NCBI GenBank assembly: GCA_907165135.1
Contig: OU015566.1
Location: 7,440,001 to 7,504,000, forward strand
DNA from: Oikopleura dioica
Taxonomy: Eukaryota; Animalia; Chordata
Reading direction: 5' to 3'
Length of the DNA stretch: 64,000 bases
Shown here: positions 25,550 through 38,700 of the stretch, piece after piece
How the letters are laid out: each line of letters starts with the position of its first letter
Numbering within the stretch: position 1 is the first letter of the stretch
The notes under the pieces: model-generated
What the model saw: only the letters and a program-made list of their open reading frames with translations
Database searches by the model: none
What the model was told of the DNA's origin: nothing
Position numbers and translations under genes: made by a program

Positions 25550-25695
25550 AAAAGCCGCGAGCGGCTTTCAGACTTGTTTTTGAGTTCAAAAAGCCGCGCG
25601 GCTTTCTTGATGAAATAGTTTTCTTCGGTTAAAAAGCCGCTAGCGGAAACGATAAGGCATTTATCATGTTCCTAGAAAAACCGGGAGCGGCTACT
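25550..25695. repeat. Cluster of AAGCCGC-N-GCGGCTT hairpins (MITE relic)
   Basis: AAAAGCCGCGAGCGGCTTT, AAAAGCCGCGCGGCTTT and AAAAGCCGCTAGCGG within about 110 bp. Confidence 0.6.
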
Positions 25696-26150
25696 TTTTC
25701 CAAGTCGATTCAGACTGCACTCTTTCTATCAAATCGGATTTCCAAATTTTTTCTTCTTTGATTTCTCTTTTCGAAAATCTTCTTTCCCAAGATGCCCCGC
25801 GGGGTTCCTCTCTCTTTATTGGTCCCTCGATTTTCCCACTTTTCAATTTCTGACCTTCCTCAAAGAAGAGAAATTTCTCTTTTCCTTTCTTTCTTGATTT
25901 GAGAAAGAAGATTTTGCTCAGTTTTCAAAAGTTAAAAAAGTGCGTGTTTTTTTTCGGGGAATGAGATGAGCTCGAGTTTCGTTATTCAAAGAGAAGGGAA
26001 ACAATCGCCGCCGATTAGTCACTCAAAATGGCCGCATCATTTATTCATTGCCAGTTTCGCCCCCAGGCGCGTGCAAGAGAGTCCGTTTCGAAAATATGAA
26101 AATAAAGAACGAAAGAGTATCCAAAATGAAAAGAATCGACTATTTCCGGA

Positions 26151-27704
26151 ATGGCTTTACCGAAAGACGATGCAAACGACGAGCAAGACGAAGAAATAGA
26201 AAATGATCGAGCAGAAAAGGGAGATAAAAAGTACCTCGAGAACATTCGTCAAACGAACTTACCAGACACTTCTTTCGACGACATCACCGGACAAGACGAA
26301 GCTAAAGTAGCTCTTATACAGGTAAACCTGCCTCTTCTACCTCATTCTCATGCTTTTCAGTCAGTGATTTTGCCTATCAAACAGCCTCAACTCTTCCACG
26401 GACTGAAGCAATGGCGAAGAATTCTGCTTTACGGACCTCCTGGAACGGGGAAAACATCGCTTGTCAAATGCACGGCTAGTGCAGCGAATGCACCGTTCTA
26501 TTCAGTCACATGCTCGACTCTACTCTCACCATATCTCGTAAGTCCAAATAAACAACCCTCATTCTTCTATTCTATTCTCAACCCTCTATTCTTCTATTCA
26601 TTCTTCAACTATAATTTTATTCATCAGAAAATATTTTCTATACCAGCAGAATTTCGACCTAGTCAACCAACGGACTCATTTTGTGAAGATTTTGTAGTTG
26701 AGCTATCATAGATAGTCTATCTAAGATAGAATTTATGAGATAAAAACGTTCATTATTTTTTTCATCTTGTCCTGTGAACTTGAGTGTTAGAACGACAGTT
26801 TTTATTGTGAACGATGCTCAAAAGAGGGCGCAACGATAGACTCAGCAGGGGATGCACTGAGGGGTGCTACTATCGGTCTCAATCAGATTACTAACCAATT
26901 TTTCCCTCTTTCCACTTCTATCTGCGGTTCTAGGGCGAGTCCGAAAGCCGTGTTCGTGAAATTTTCGCCGATGCTCGAGCCAATTCCACAAAAAATCGCC
27001 CAGCAATCATCTTCATCGACGAAGTAGACTCTGTAACGCGAACCCGAACCGCTCACGAAGATGAATCCACCCGTCGATTGAAATCCGAGCTTCTTCTTCA
27101 ACTCGAAGGCGACTTTTCCGGCAAGAGCGTGGAGCCATTCGTCATTGCTTGCTCCAACTGCCCATGGGATCTTGATCCAGGTTCGTTTGTTCAGAAGTAT
27201 TGATGAAAAACAGCTTTTTTCTAGCGTTTATAAGGCGATTTTCGCGACGGATTCTGGTTGATTTGCCTTCAATGGACGATTGCTGTAGAATTCTAAAGAA
27301 GAAACTGGACAAAGCAGACGTGGAATTCGCTGAACGGCACTGGATGGCGATTCGAGACAAGTTCTATCTTTATTCTGGATCAGGTACGCTGTTTCTGAGG
27401 GCTCAAAGATTATCCCATGTTTATAGATATCGATAATCTTGCCACAGCAACCCTTATGCGCCGAATAGACGAAGTAATTCTTTGCGAAAACTGGGACATC
27501 CACTCCGACGGTCGAGTAACTCCAAGTTCGAATTTTTCCGCACTCGTCGGGACGCAAAGCTTCATCTCAAAATGGGCAGACATTCCCAACGGATCGATCA
27601 TTCCGCGGAAGGTGAAAATCGACGACTTGCACTACGCGCTGTCTGTAATCAAACCGAGCATTTCTGAAACTGCCTACAAAAAGTTCACTGAATACGAAAA
27701 ATAA
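26151..27704 (+). CDS. VPS4/katanin-family AAA+ ATPase lacking an obvious MIT domain
   Basis: Spliced model has SFDDITGQDEAK, LLYGPPGTGKT (Walker A), IIFIDEVDS (Walker B), TRRLKSELL, SNCPWDLDP|AFIRRF and C-terminal PRKVKIDDLHYAL..YKKFTE. Confidence 0.88.
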
Positions 27705-27763
27705 AACAGAAATTTAACGCGAAAATTCACCTGTTCTATTTAAGAATTTTCTAAAACCTAAAA

Positions 27764-28963
27764 ATGGAAATGGGCGAAGGAATGGCTCCACATCCCGGTC
27801 CACCGGCTCCCGGCCCTGGACCGGGACTTGCACAAGGAGCCGCCGACCAAAAGCCGCCACCTCCAGAATACTCTCCAAATAACACAATTTACATCAATAA
27901 TATCTCAGAGAAGATTAAAATTGCTACTCTTCTCACCGAGCTTTCAGCGATTTTTGAGCAGTTTGGCAAGATCTTGGAAATTCATGTAAGGCTCACTCAA
28001 TGTTTCCTTTATTCACTCGTCTTTTAGGCGAAAAAGAATCTACGAATGCGTGGTCAGGCGTTCATCGTCTTTGAAGAACTTGAAAGTGCCAAGAAAGCGG
28101 TGAACTCCATGCAGGTAATGCTCACTTTCTAAGAAAGTCTTTCTTCCATCCACTCTTCAACTAAAATTTCATTCTAGGGCTTCCCATTTCACGACAAGAA
28201 GATGCGAATCGCCTTTGCCAAAACCGACAGCGATTCTATCGCCAAAATGAAGGGAACCTATGTCGAAAAGGATCGATCAAAGAAAGACAAGAAGAAAAAG
28301 AAGAAGAAGGACAAGAAGGTCAACCCAATGCAGGCGATGATGAACATGATGAATCCACAGATGATGATGCAGGTTTGACTTTTTCTTCTGTAGCTCAGTT
28401 TTGAAATGTCCGTTTTTAGATGCAGAAGATGATGCAACAGGGTGGCATGCAAATGCCGATGAACATGCAAGCCATGGCGAAGATGATGCCGCAGATGCAG
28501 GCGAATATGGTAATTTTTTGCTAAGGAAACGACGTATTCCTCAACCATTTTTTAGCAAAAAATGATGGCTCAAATGCAGGGTGGCGGTGCTGCGGCTCCT
28601 GGAATGGCTGCAACTCCTGCCGCACCGGGCCCGATTGCTGCTGCACCAAACATGGGTCTTCCAGAAGGCAAGTTCGGCTCGAACAACATCATCTTCGTCC
28701 AAGATCTTCCAGAAGAAGTCGATGAGAAGATGCTTACCGCGCTCTTTAATCAATTCGATGGATTCACCGAGGTCCGAATGGCGCCTTCGAAGACTGGCAA
28801 AGTAAGAACCTTCTATTTGATTACAAAACCCTACTAAATTCTATCTTAGGCTGCCTTTATCGAGTACACCACTGAACGATCCGCTGCCAATGCGAAGGAC
28901 ACGCTCCAGGGATTCAAAGTCACTCCCACCACTCAACTCAAGATCACTTTCGCGAAGAAATAA
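27764..28963 (+). CDS. U1A/U2B''/SNF-family snRNP protein with two RRMs (divergent)
   Basis: [24 protein letters not shown]|[34 protein letters not shown], a Met/Gln linker, then RRM2 [23 protein letters not shown]..|[25 protein letters not shown]. Confidence 0.93.
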
Positions 28964-29128
28964 AAGAGTAATCTTTCCGACTCATCTTCGTCCAACTTTA
29001 GTCACATTCGTTGTCAACTGCCCCTGAATCTAAAATTTCTGAATTCCATTTTTGCTAGAACATCTTTCAATCAATGGGACTCTAAAACAAAACTAGAATC
29101 TTGATTTCCCTCAAGTTTAGACTTCGAA

Positions 29129-31316
29129 ATGGATCCCTTAGACTTCGACTCTATGAATAAAGAGCCTACTCCAACTTACGCAGCTCCACCGCCTCAGCAA
29201 CCGACTTTTCAGACGCCAACGAGTCATCGTTTGCCAAACAGAAGGCCTTCCTTCAATTCTCAACCAAATCAACAAGAACAATTTACAAATGACGGTAAAT
29301 AAGCTCTTATCTTCTAAAATCCAGTATCTTTCAAAGAACGCCAAATCTTCTAGAGTAAAATCTTTTTCCATCAAACTGTCTCTAGAGCCAAGAAAGCGCA
29401 GCTTATTTTTGAAGCAAATTGATAAAAATAAAATAGAGAAAGTGAATGGACAAGCCCCTGCCATCATGCATCTTCAGCTTGGAAGAACTAAAATCAAAAG
29501 GAAGCGCCGCCAGAAATGGTTGGCAAAACCGCACAGCTCTCGCTCCCGAAGAACGAAATGAGTACATGGATATGATGCGAAAAGGACGTCCATACTCTCA
29601 AATCCGGGAGCTTTACGAAAGCAGACACAATAAGAAACTCGCGCCGTCAACGATTCACAACTGGCGAGTCAAGATAAGAAACGAGGAGATTAGAGAGCGC
29701 ACTGGACGAAGAAGAGAACTTGAATCAGGAAATATAACAGGCAGTCCCGTTCGAAAACGAATGACAGCGGAAGAATATGAGCCAGAATATATTGTGCCGA
29801 TCGAATTTCCACCTGAAGAACCAGAAGACTCCCCTGGTATCTTAACTCAACAAGAACGTCAAAAAGTGTCCGTCAACCGGCGAAACTCTATTGCTGAAGA
29901 CTACAGATACTCGTCATTACAGCCGTCTGAAGATTTGATACGAAAAAGGTCAGCTTCAACTGTCACTAGGAAGGATCACTTCCAGCGACTGGGAGATATG
30001 AAAACATCTTCTCATCGCACCAGCGGTTTATATTCTGTCGGAAACAAGAAAAATGGACTAGACTCGGGACAATCAGGAGGCCTTCTTTTCACTCCTTCTC
30101 GAAAACCAGCCGCTCCAGTAATCAAAATCGACTTGACTGGAATCCAAATTCAACAAGAACGCCCAAAAGTCGCGGCCAATCGCCGAAACTCAATCGCCGA
30201 GGACTACCGATACTTGTCATTACAGCCGCCTGAAGATCTCATACGAAGAAGATCAGCGTCCACTTCGACGAGGAAGGATCACTTCCCGCGACTGGAAACT
30301 ATCAACGAATCTTTCCATCGGCCTAATAGCTTGAATTCGAAGGAAAATGAGCTCAAATTTGGACAATCAGGAGGCCTCTTATTAGCTCCACCTCGAAGAC
30401 AATCTGCCCCAGAGAACAAATCTCATGAGATCGAAAGTAAGGCAGCTTTTGGTGTTCTTTGGAAGATACTCTTTAATACTTAGTCCTCAATAAGGACTCC
30501 TCTTTCTTACCAATAAACATATTTAGATGTGGGTTACCAAGCAGAAGGGCCATCATCAGAATCAACAAGAGAGGACATTCAGCAATTCAGTAACAATCAA
30601 CAAGCGAACGAAGTTCAATACATCCAAGATGATACGAACCAAGAAGGTAAATACCGTGTTTTCGTGAATAATAATTATACCGCTTCAGCAGATCAGGATA
30701 ACTACAGTGAAGAAGCTGGGCCTTCACGACTCCCCGAAGAAGCACCAGAAGAAGTTCAAGAATCAGGCGATGATCAAGAAGCCGACTCTAGCTGTCGACT
30801 TGACAATACTCTAATGATAAAAGCTGCTGTAATTGGTGACAATGATAAGGACAAGAAAAAGCGAAGAAGAGAGCTGATGGACTACGATGATAGGCAGAGG
30901 ACTATCAAACTGATAAACAACTTTTCTGAGGAGCAGATCAATAGGCAAGTCATAATCCATCGACTTTGAAGTTAAACTTATCAACCGTAGATACGAGATG
31001 TACCGAAGAAGTTGCTTCCAGAAAAACCAGATCAAGCGACTCATGACCATGACAACTCCATGTACGGTGCATCAGCATGTGAGCATAGCTGTCGCAGGAA
31101 TCGCCAAAGTTTTTGTTGGTGAACTCGTCGAAGAAGCACTCAAAGTCGCGGATAACCAAAATCACAAAGGTAGCGATATATTCCACAAATTTCGACGTCT
31201 AACATTTTCTAGGACCGCTTTTGCCAAGCCACATCAGAGAATCTGTTCGCAGATTAGGTCACGTCCCTGGGAGCCATCTGCACGATAAGAAACGCAAAAA
31301 AGCCAGGCTTTTTTGA
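29129..31316 (+). CDS. TAF11: TAF11 histone-fold protein with long N-terminal extension (HTH-like domain, ~100-aa tandem duplication)
   Basis: FSEEQINR|[39 protein letters not shown]..|[15 protein letters not shown] matches TAF11. GC-AG intron 30945-30990. A phase-1 intron near 30438-30526 links ORF 29446. The junction of the first exon (29129) is uncertain. Confidence 0.85.
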
Positions 31317-31509
31317 CGCAATTTTGTCCTTTTCACAGCCATCATTACTGTCAAGTTAACAAATAAATGTAAAAATTCATTCAAAAAAAGCTTCAACACA
31401 AAGAATTTATTTCGACCATTAGTTAGCGGTCTCACAGGGTGGTTTGAGTTAAGGATCCGAATTCGCAGTTGATGTAGTAAAGATAGGTAAGAGAAAGAGA
31501 GTGGTTGGT

Positions 31510-32746
31510 TTACTGGAGGGACATCATGTCGTTGAGGGTCTTGTCAAGCTTCTCAGAGATCTCTCGGAAGTTGAGCTTCTCCTGGTAGAGAGAGTTGATC
31601 AAGTCATCGATGGTGGATTCGAGCTTGTCGACGGATCGTTCGGCGAATTCAGCTCGGGTATCGGCAAGTTTGAACTCTTCCTGGAGATCCTTGACCTTGG
31701 TTTCGTACTCGTCTTCCTTGACGGAGTTGTCGGCGACGATCTGGTCCATGTCTCGCACCTTATCCTGGAGTTGTCGAAGCTCGTCTTCGGTAGATCGGCC
31801 CTTGCCCTCGAATTCCTCAGCTCGCTCGATGATTCGCTCGAGATCGTTGGAGACAATCTTCAACTTTCGCTCGGACTCTTCGTACTTGTGGTTGGAGCTC
31901 GTAGCAATCTGTCGAGCTTCCTCGAGCTGAGCTTCCATCTGCTCAGCGGCTTCTTCGTTCTGGAAGGACTGCTGCTCAGCAAGTCGCTTGCCTTCCTCGT
32001 TTTCGTTGAAAGCCTAGATTGCAAAATTATGTTTGCTGTTTGTGCAAGATTTGAATCTCAAACAGAGACTTTCCCTTGCGCTCTTTCTCTATCTGAGAGC
32101 TCTCATTATATCTTTATCGAAGATACGAGACGTCAATAATTACGCTTATCGAGAGTCTTTCAGCCGAGCACTGAACCTATAAAACCGGCAATGATAGCTA
32201 TCCTCGCATCAGTTCAGAAAGACAGAGAAAGTTTCAATAAAGATCGAGTTTTTGTTGAAAAAGGGTCTCGTTTCAATCCGCTATGAAAAATATCGGCAAA
32301 ATTCGACCCTCGATCAACCTCGACGCATTCGACTTTCTTATTTTACCTTTTCAATGGTGGCAATCTTTTCCAAGTTCTCGTTGAGTCGAGTAGTGGCTCG
32401 GCTGGTTTCTTCCTCCAAGAGGGCGATTCGTCGCTTGAGAGCACCGACCTGCAACTCGGCATCGACGACTTCCTTGTCGATGATTTCAAGCTTGTCCTGG
32501 GTGGTCTTGTGGGTAGAAATAGTCTCATCGAGCTGAAAACCCGATGTTACTCCCTGATGACCCTTTTACTTCTATTACCTGATCCTCGGTCTTGGCGATG
32601 GCTCGCTGAACCTTGTCGACTTCCTTTTCGAATCGAGCGAGCTCAGACTCGAACTGGGCGCAGATGGTCTCAGACTCGTTAGCTCGGCTGACGGCTTCGT
32701 CCTTCTCCTTGAGGAGGCAGTCCATCTTATGCTTGATCGATTCCAT
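31510..32746 (-). CDS. TPM: Tropomyosin / tropomyosin-like, ~285 aa, 3 exons
   Basis: Exons 32746-32579, 32532-32347 and 32013-31510: MESIKHKM..ELQVGALKRRIALLEEE..ADTRAEFAERSVDKLESTIDDL..KTLNDM. Confidence 0.93.
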
Positions 32747-33116
32747 CTTTCAAGGGTTTTTTCTTCTTTTCTTGACAAGAAAAAAAAATAAAAAAGGTAC
32801 TCGCTGTAAATGCGGATCCTCAAACTGAAGCAAAAGGAGCAGGAGTAGGAGAGGGCCAGGCACGCTGATAAGCTCCCAGTAGGTGATTTAGCAGTGCATT
32901 CGTCCACACTTAGATACGCCGCCTGTCAGCAACGGGGAAGGTGACTAAGTCAGCTGGCAAAAAATAACTATGCATCGGGAAGTATCTTTCAACAAGGTGA
33001 TTAAAAATGATCTGGTAAAGAAGAAAACGAGGCACATAGTTTAGTCATTTGAGCACATCTACGGGACTACCGTATATAAATTACGATTGTATTTGAGGAT
33101 CCGAATGGGATAAAGG

Positions 33117-34535
33117 GGGTCTAGCTGCTAGGGTTAATCCTTTTAAAATTCGCAAGAGACGCATGACGCCAATCTTTTGGACAACACTTTTCCATTTCTT
33201 GATTGACTTCTTCAGTCCATCTTTTCCAATACGCCCTTTTCTTCCATACTTTTCCCTGGCGGACGAAATGCTCGTCGTTTTATGATTTTCTATGAACGAG
33301 TGGATAAATACCACAGAGCCGTGTCGTCAGCTCTTCGAAGAGATCGTCTACCCGCAAAGAAACCGTATAATCGCCCTCGGCCTTCTCGACTTCTGACAGG
33401 ATAATGTACCCTAAGGCCGTAATTGCGCGATTTTCTAAATTGACAAGCTAATCGCTCAACAAATTGAAAATCGATTATCTCGGTGAGAAAGTGCTCTAGA
33501 ATTTTGACAAATTGCCCAAGCGTAAAAATATTCAAGAGGCACTACTTTGTGAATACGGTATAAAGTTGCTCGGCACCGGAAAGGTTTCTGAATTACTGTC
33601 ACGCTACTCTTTGGACGCTTTTTATCTCAATCTGCGTTATTTTTCTTTGCTTGCGTACGTATTATTCCAGCTTACAGGAGTCAATCTGTTGTAGTTTTAT
33701 TTTGCTGCTACAGATGTCGTGGAAGAGCGAAAACCCTTGTTTCTGACGTTGCGCTGGAAATTCAACAACGACAAAGATTTCAGCCACGGGTTTTCATCGA
33801 TCATTTCATCAGCAGAGTCATCAGTTTTTCAAGATTTTCATGAAAGCCCGAACTAAGAGCCAGGGACTATCAGAAGGTTTTATCAATAACGCTCTACTGA
33901 ACACTGCTCTCTTCGCCCAACAATTGCACCAGAAAACAGTCAACGATCAATATATTTTCCGTCCATTTCGATCGTTGTTGATTGCAAAAAGTTGCCGCTC
34001 GATGAAGCCCTTTTGGCTAATACGGAGCAATATCTTCGTGGCGGGAACACCCAAATGATGACTCGAAGGGGAACTAGAGCCCTTCCTGTTTCGCACTCTG
34101 GCTCAAGAATTGCGGTCCCTGAACGAACGGCCTTTGATTTATGAATACCCTCATATGCGTTTTGATTTTTGAGGCCGTGGAAAAAGTAGAGGGACGATTA
34201 TCAAAATGCAGCTTGGCATCGACCCGGCTGGACTCTTGCGAAGAGTGACATCAACAACGACTCCTATTTTGCGTTATTTTCTTGAATAAATTGATCAACT
34301 AAATATTGCCCCTGTTTGTGGAAATTCATGAATACTGACATGTTTACAGCCTGAACTCGATGCAGCTGAACTGAGAACTCCTGAGTCCCCAATTTTCTCG
34401 CAGATTATTTGGCATTTTTAGATTTTCCACTTGAGCGCCAATCGCGCCAAGATCTACCACCAGCATGTCGCTTCGGAAATAAGCAAACTCAAAATGGCAT
34501 GACGACTGCTGAAACTGCTCATGCGGCACAAACAC
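33117..34535 (-). CDS. Uncharacterised multi-exon gene (extent uncertain)
   Basis: Protein-like exon frames FEFAYFRSDMLVVDLGAIGAQVENLKMP, YIILSEVEKAEGDYTVSLRVDDLFEELTTRLC and HFVRQGKVWKKRAYWKRWTEEVNQEMEKCCPKDWRHASL. A full model was not assembled. Confidence 0.35.
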
Positions 34536-35793
34536 TTTCGCCCTAGAAAAGGAATTGAAAACGAAGGCTCCCTTTTCATCCTCTACTTTGCATGCTCTTT
34601 GTACTGAAATTTTGCCGATTTAGTGAGCCTTCATCGTATACTTTATTGAAAATTTTCAAGAACAGACTACATTTTTTTCAGCATTATTTATTAATAAATG
34701 AGATTTCTCTGATTAACAAAGAGGTATTTTATTAGAGTTAACACAAGTATTGGTTCATTTTATTATTTTAATAGAATCGGTTGGTTCTCTTGACCTCCGT
34801 GCTCATCGATGCATAAAGTAAATGGAGCTTCCCTTGCAAGTTGTCGGCTAAACTATCGGTGGTGTTTTTGCGCTTCGGTGGTGTTCGAATCGCCTTTGCC
34901 GCTGGGCAGGAAGGGATGGCTCGGCCAACCAGTGGGTAGGTGTCTATCGTGGAGGTGCGGGTGTTCGGTGTCGGCCCGAAGCTCTCCGACATTACCTTGA
35001 CGCTACACAACGAATAACCAAACCAACCCCGAAGGCTACCAACACCCCAAGGCAGCTAGAGGTAAGAGACGACGAGAGAATCTCCTGAAAGCCCCAAATC
35101 GTTTATCCAGGCCTCCAGGGGTTCCCCTCTAAGGCTGGACTTACGTCTATCAAATCAGTCTATCGGTAACTTCCTCAAGGGGCCATATTTTATGGGGCGC
35201 TCGGTAACAGTCGCAAATTTTCTGCTAAAAATGTAATTTTTAAATCTTACAATATTGAAGTTTTCATTGTTTTCTCGAGCTTTTTCTTTAAATTTCATGA
35301 GCAATTTAATGTTCTTACAGGTTATTTTCAATTTGTTTTCAAAATTTTCACCTAAAATAAGAAATAATTGCCTATCTGAGCTCTTTTTCAACGAAGAAAA
35401 GCTTTATTTTGAGCAAAAAATATTAAAGAATGAGCTTCTTTGATTTTGGAAAAGCGAATTTATCGAAAAAAATAGTCGAAAGAACTTCTAAAAGGCACTC
35501 TTCACCTCCACCCCTTGAAATCGGAGAGCCTTCGGTTTTAGAACCTTTGCCATTTCGAGGCCATCCCCTTATCAACCTTCGATGATCGACCTAGATACGG
35601 AAGCTAAGCCCAGTCGCCAGGCATCGGCGTTGGAAAACCGATTGCACCTGCCTTTGAAAACTCGGTCCAGCGCGGAAATAGCACCCGCTAGCGGCGCTGC
35701 TCGCGGCAAATTCTAGCTAAAAATTCGCAATTTTTCCACCCCCAGGCAAACATTCTAGCGATAGCGCAACTTTTTGAGAAGTTCTAGAAAACC

Positions 35794-38700
35794 ATGACAC
35801 TCATGGAATTGAATGAAAATGTTCAGCAACTCAGCAATCAAAACTCGCAAAACATTCCCGGTATGGATCAGCAGCAGCAGCGGATCGGAACAAAACGAGA
35901 GAGAGTCGATGTCGTTATGAAAGAGAACGATGGGCAGGACCAGAATCAACAAGTTGTTCAACAGGAAAAGAGGCAACGGACTGTTGTTACCACTGAAGAA
36001 CAGCAGTTTCAACAAGATGCGGTTAGATATCAAGAGCTACCGGTAAGTTAGGCCCATTTTTCTAAAGAAAAGAACGCTTTTTCACCAAATAGTCATTTTT
36101 AGCTTTCTCATTTCATTTTTTTAAGAATTTTTTTCAAAATCAAGTCGATAAATTTATATTTTTCATGGTTCCAGCGCGTTCTTTTTGTTTTCAAAATAAC
36201 TCGGCGACCTTTTAATATTTTTCGCGAGAATTTCAATCTTGTTTACTTTCAAACTCTAACAAATCTCTCAAAGAGAGACGCTTGAGCCCACCGGTTGTGA
36301 CAATCTGTCATGTTCTCAACTTCGAATTTTCGAATTTCGCTTCAAAGAAAAAGAAAATTTCTCTATTTCGCGGCGCGCCTTCTAATTCCCTCTCTCATTT
36401 GGGTCGAGTGCAATTTAGTAATAAAACACTTGAATTTGATCTTCGGCTCTTTGATCGAATAATTATGATAAAAATTGGCTTCCGGGTGGTATGCGAAAGT
36501 GCAGCTTGAACTGAACGGTCGGTCGGTCTGCTGCTCAAGGCAAAGTCGGTCGCTTGAGCTCACGGCAGAGTCGGTAATTCAGAATATAACAATTCGGCCC
36601 CGGGATAAGCGTTATTCGAATCTAGTGGATCATCATCTGCCTTCCTAATTACTACAACCACAACTAACAACGAATTCAGGAGGGTACTGAAATCAGACAA
36701 GTCAGCGGCGATGGCCAGACCGTGCAGCTTTCAACTGGACAGCAAGGCCGCATCATCCAGGTTGAGCTGACCAACCCAGATGGAAGCTCCAACGGCGTGC
36801 AACAAGTTCTCGTCTACGAACCCACTGGAGAGCAAGGAGAGACCAAGTAAGTTTCATGAACAATTTCTTTACCAAAATATGTTTTACTAACAATATTCAA
36901 ACATTCACTTTCATAATGGTATTAAATTTTTATTATGTACTGTTGGGGCTGACGTATTACTAAAAACTGTAGGAGTACAAAATGTTAGGCGAATACAGTT
37001 AGGCGAATACAGTTTTGGTTGATCAATGTTACCAAAATTTACTTCTGATTCGCGGAGTGCGCAATTTCTAACATTCTTAGGCCTCTGATACACCATCATC
37101 CGGTAGTCGTACAGGGACGAGAAGCCCTTTTTATATGAGCCTACTTTCGTCCCTGTGCGATGACCGGATAGACAAAATCGTCTATTTTTACGTCCGAGGC
37201 CTAAACATTCTTGATCAACAAAAACTGTATTGGCTTAACGGTTTGGAAAATACTTTTTGACTCCTACAAAATGCGTTTGGCTCATACAGTTCTCAGCTAT
37301 ACGGGGACCCCTACTAATTTTTGATTTAATAAAAGTTTAATAAAAAATAATAATAAAAGTTTTACTCGTTTTTGGTAAAAAAGGATTTGACCCCGTACAG
37401 AATGATTTTGAGTGTGATTTGAGTGATTTTGAGCATCAGATTTGCACTGATTCGGTTACCGCACTGTTCTAGAAAAGTGGATTCGCTAAGGCCAGTCTTT
37501 TCCGGGCCTCGGGTCTTGCTCCGGGAAACGAGCAGCGAGTTTTGCTGTTAGCGAGGCCTTTGGGTTATTTTATCGCCGCCCGAGTGCTCGTTTTTACGAT
37601 TCTCGAGCTTCAAAACAATTGGCCCATCGTTACGATTTCCCTACTTCGTTTACAGTTGATTGCCTCGCAGCATATTATCGCCCGAAGAGATTGTTTCCAG
37701 CTTCGACTTTTTTACTATTGAAAAGTTGGGCTCATTTCGAGATTTACGCGCCGCTGGCGATATCTAGAGCGATTCATTCCTTTTCACATTCTCTTTGGGA
37801 ACGAGAAGAGAGACGAACGTATTTTTATCAAATTCAGTTTTTATCGAAAAAAAACGCCGCCCCGAGCGCGAACCCAAAGCGAAACCTCGAGCGAGAGTCG
37901 AGATACCACCCACTCGGCCACAAAAGCAGAAAACAACAACTAACAAATTATCGTTTTTATTCATTTTTTGCGCTTTTTGCAAGGAGAGATAAAGTTGGAA
38001 TAAGAGAGATTTTTCGAAATACCGTAACAGACTAGGGTTCAGGATAATTTCCTATTCCAAGAAGACTCTTAGATCAAAAATTCGAAAATAAGAATTTCAA
38101 AAATAATAATTATTAATTTTTTCAACTGAAATTATCCTCTGAACTCGTCGTTAGAAAATGGAAACCCCTACTTCCGTACCTACAACCACAATTCCCATCA
38201 AAATCGCTCCCCAAGCAGCAATCGTAACAACTTCAGTATCAGCCCAGCCTCTAAACATGGACCTTACCCGTGCGGCGTACATACAGGGCGTCGCTACAGT
38301 GAAAGATGCGCCACAAGCGCTAGTGGCGAGTGTTCTCCCGACCACGAGTCTTCCCCAGCCCGTCCAGCGCGTCATCGTTCCTCTTGAAGAAAATGACGTG
38401 GCCAAGACTGAGGAAGGGGTAGAAACGGTCGCGAGTGAAATTTCTGAAGTGATAAACGCAGTTGAAGAAGGAAAAGTTCGGAACTTTTCGAGCCATTCTT
38501 GATTTTTTTCAATGGTCGAACATTTTTGAAGGGAGATTTTCTGAACTTTTAATATCAGAAGAGGGTAAAAGAGGAGTAAAACGAACGGGGGAGGAAATCG
38601 AAAAGGACTCGCCCAAAATTTACCAAAAACGAGTGAAACTACAGCGCTTTTTTCTTGGGTATTTTCAAGTTTCTCAGTTTTCCTTTCGTAACAAAATATT

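Noticed and set aside
31501-32139. 212-aa plus-strand ORF
   Set aside because: It is the antisense shadow of tropomyosin exon 3.
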